DNA of 64,000 bases from Lama glama (taxonomy: Eukaryota): positions 47,556,001-47,620,000 of the forward strand of contig CM052818.1 of assembly GCA_028534125.1 (NCBI GenBank). Reading direction: 5' to 3'. Positions 61,471 to 64,000 of the stretch are shown here, in pieces. A model generated the notes under the pieces. The model did not search any database. It saw nothing but the letters and a program-made list of their open reading frames with translations, and was not told where the DNA came from. The first letter of the stretch is position 1; each line of letters starts with the position of its first letter. The position numbers and the translations under genes are program-made.

Positions 61471-64000
61471 TAAATAATTCAGTAGCCACGATTTCCCTTG
61501 CTGTGTCCTCTGCCACACTGTAGTGAATTTCAGAAACACTACGGAATTTCTGCTCAACTGATCAGGAAAGACCTAAAAGAAGAAACGGTGTAACTGTGTA
61601 CTTCCTCTGCCTTTGTTACACGGTTTCTGAGTATAAAACACAGAGCCCTTGTATTCTGGCTTTTGGAACTGGGTGCAACACCCATCTGTTCCGTCAATCA
61701 TGGAGCAGATGGAGGTGGGTGGAGAAGGAAGTGTATGACCACAATCTTGGATAATAATAAATATTTAAATATGTATTTGTTCTTTGTAATGGATTTCGAA
61801 GCTGAGTAATGAACACACTTTAAAAATCAATAACAGCAACAATAGTGGGGCGTCTTAACACTCAGGGCTCCCAGGCGCATCTGAGTTCTTCCTAAACGCA
61901 ACAAATTGGGGGGGGGCAGTAAGTCTGGGTGAATCACACAGGGGCTCCTTTCTGCAATAATGTCAAACTCGCCTTGAGCTGTTCCCCTCTGAACCAGCGC
62001 ACAGATGTGAGCTCTGAGAGCCAGGAGCGGGCTGAGGGAATGCCTCGTCCGAGTCCCGCCCATGCAGATGAGAAACTGAGATCCAACGATCATTGAGCAT
62101 CTCGCATCTCAGGGAGAGCCCACTCCAGGCCCACCCTCCTGGTCTCCGGTGCGTGTTCTTCTCAAGGGGAGCAGAATAGAGAGCGAGAACCCCCGGAGGG
62201 AACATTTCAAAGGAAATGAATGAGAGAAGGATGGAAGATCTTTTAAGCATATAAAACATCACATGGAAGATTTTAGTAATGATTTTAGGAGCTGAGACCT
62301 GGCAATATTGTGCGAAGTTCGTGTCACGCTGCGAAACGTATAAACAGTGAGAGCTGCTTTTGTTTTATTAAAGTGCATCGAGGATGCTTTTTAAAGGCAT
62401 CCCTCTGTTTTGTTGAGGGGGAGCTTCTGTAAAACTTACCTCTGCAAACTAGCTGGGTGATTATGTAAAGCACGGTCTCCTCCATGGTCCAAGCACGCAG
62501 TTCTCCCCAGAAATGAGCAGTCCCTAACGACACGGGGGAGAACCCACTCTCGGCCACTCTGTAGATTCTGGACGAACCACGAGAGCCAATGAGATCGATG
62601 AACGGCACGTTTCTGCAAGGATGGCTGGCGAGTAGGTGCAGGGCTCACCGTTTCCATAGGTACAGAAGGAAGACGCAAGGGTGCCCCATTTTCCTCCAAA
62701 ACAAAAATTACGCACATGAGAAATTCAACCAGTATAAGGGCATGAAAAACAAGCCTCCTGCCCCTGCCCCTTACTCCCTCGCTCTCCTCCAAGATAACCT
62801 GTCACCAGTATCTAAAGATAGACAGACTTCCTCTTCTTACGTTTACGCCTGCCATTCCAAGGAAGACGAGCAGGTCGTACCTCAAGGCAGAAGGAAAAGA
62901 CTGGTGCACTCCTGCCACAGGCTGCATCGCACTGTTTTATTTTCATTAAACAGCAGGCTAACCGGGCTTTTTAAAGTTTGTGGTTCTTTAAAGCTCAAAC
63001 TGGCCCCCTGAATTTCACAGGGTAGTTCTGCCCTCAGGGTATTTAAAACATCTTATCTCAAACTTTCCCCAGTGTTTTTCCCTCAGGAGTCAGCCTATGA
63101 CCAGGTCCACATCCCAGCTGTGTGACTTCATCAGGTCCTTGCAAGGTGCAGAATTTCTGGCAGGTGACCTGAAATTTCAATCAGAGGGGATCATTTTTTG
63201 AAATAAATTTGGAGCATGCTTCAGAATCGCATGCATCACTTCAGTTGAAAGCAAGTCCTTCCACAACATCAGCTGTGTTCAAGAAAACCCGTGCATAACC
63301 GTCCTATAAAGTGTGTGAGTCTAAGGTCATCGAGTTGACCTGCCAAGCCACTGGGAGAGAAAGAGAAAGAATCAGTTGTCAGGACTGCTAATATCTATGA
63401 GTTTTAGAGATGTTGAAATACCAGTAACATTATTGAGGTTCAAAATGCTGAATATGTAATTCTAAAACAAGTTTTAACAAATACGGGACTCTGAGCTCCC
63501 CTGAGATGGGGAGTTAGGGCCGGCCCTTGTTTTTCTCCATCCCAGAGGGGCAGGGGTGGGATGAGGAGGGCCTGAGGACACTTACGAAGCCTCAGAGCAG
63601 CCACAGGGAGGCTGAAGGGCCTGCTGCCCTCTTAGGGTTTGGCAGAAGAGAGAAGCGTTACCCCCGCGTCTCCTTCCAAGCTCCCCAAGGTGCCTGTGCA
63701 CTTGGCCTCCCCTGGAGCGTCACTCTGGGCTCTCACCATGCCCTGGCCTGGGTCACTCACAGGACCCAGGAGACCCGGAGAATTCTGGTCATCTGACTCA
63801 GGGAACACAAGCAGCCCTGGGGTGTCAAAGAAGGAAGCTCATGGCAGGGAAGCAACGGCCACCTTGGCTTTGCCCACGTGGAGCAGAACCAATAGGATAT
63901 ACAGAGACACAGACACAGACACAGACCCAGACCCAGACGATGTAGATGCAGGTGATGCAGGTGGCACAGACATGCTGACACACTGCTGTAACTGTCTTAA

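Noticed and set aside
63880..64000. MLT2-like start 'cagaaccaataggatata' plus (ACACAG)n/(ACCCAG)n
   Set aside because: Too short and at the window edge to assign confidently.

Overview
Mammalian genomic DNA, most likely a camelid (camel, alpaca or llama), judging from two tRNA-derived SINEs of the camelid vic-1 type. I found no protein-coding gene, rRNA, tRNA gene or CRISPR array. The ORF track is background noise plus transposon fragments, so the window looks intergenic or deep-intronic. It is a mosaic of ancient eutherian repeats (MIR, L2, old L1, MLT1, MER3/5/20/53/58/63), younger insertions and AT-rich unique blocks with developmental TF motifs. The younger insertions are two solo ERV LTRs with TSDs, vic-1-type SINEs, and an apparently full-length young L1 whose body lies in a 500-N gap. 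The best leads are (1) a ~120-190 bp inverted duplication 14 kb apart that may mark inversion breakpoints, (2) a ~1.1 kb relic of an ancient RTE-clade reverse transcriptase on the minus strand, (3) the gap-collapsed L1 and (4) strong local CpG excess in some old repeats. I cannot support a new multi-gene system here. Repeat family names and consensus comparisons come from recall, not from a database search.
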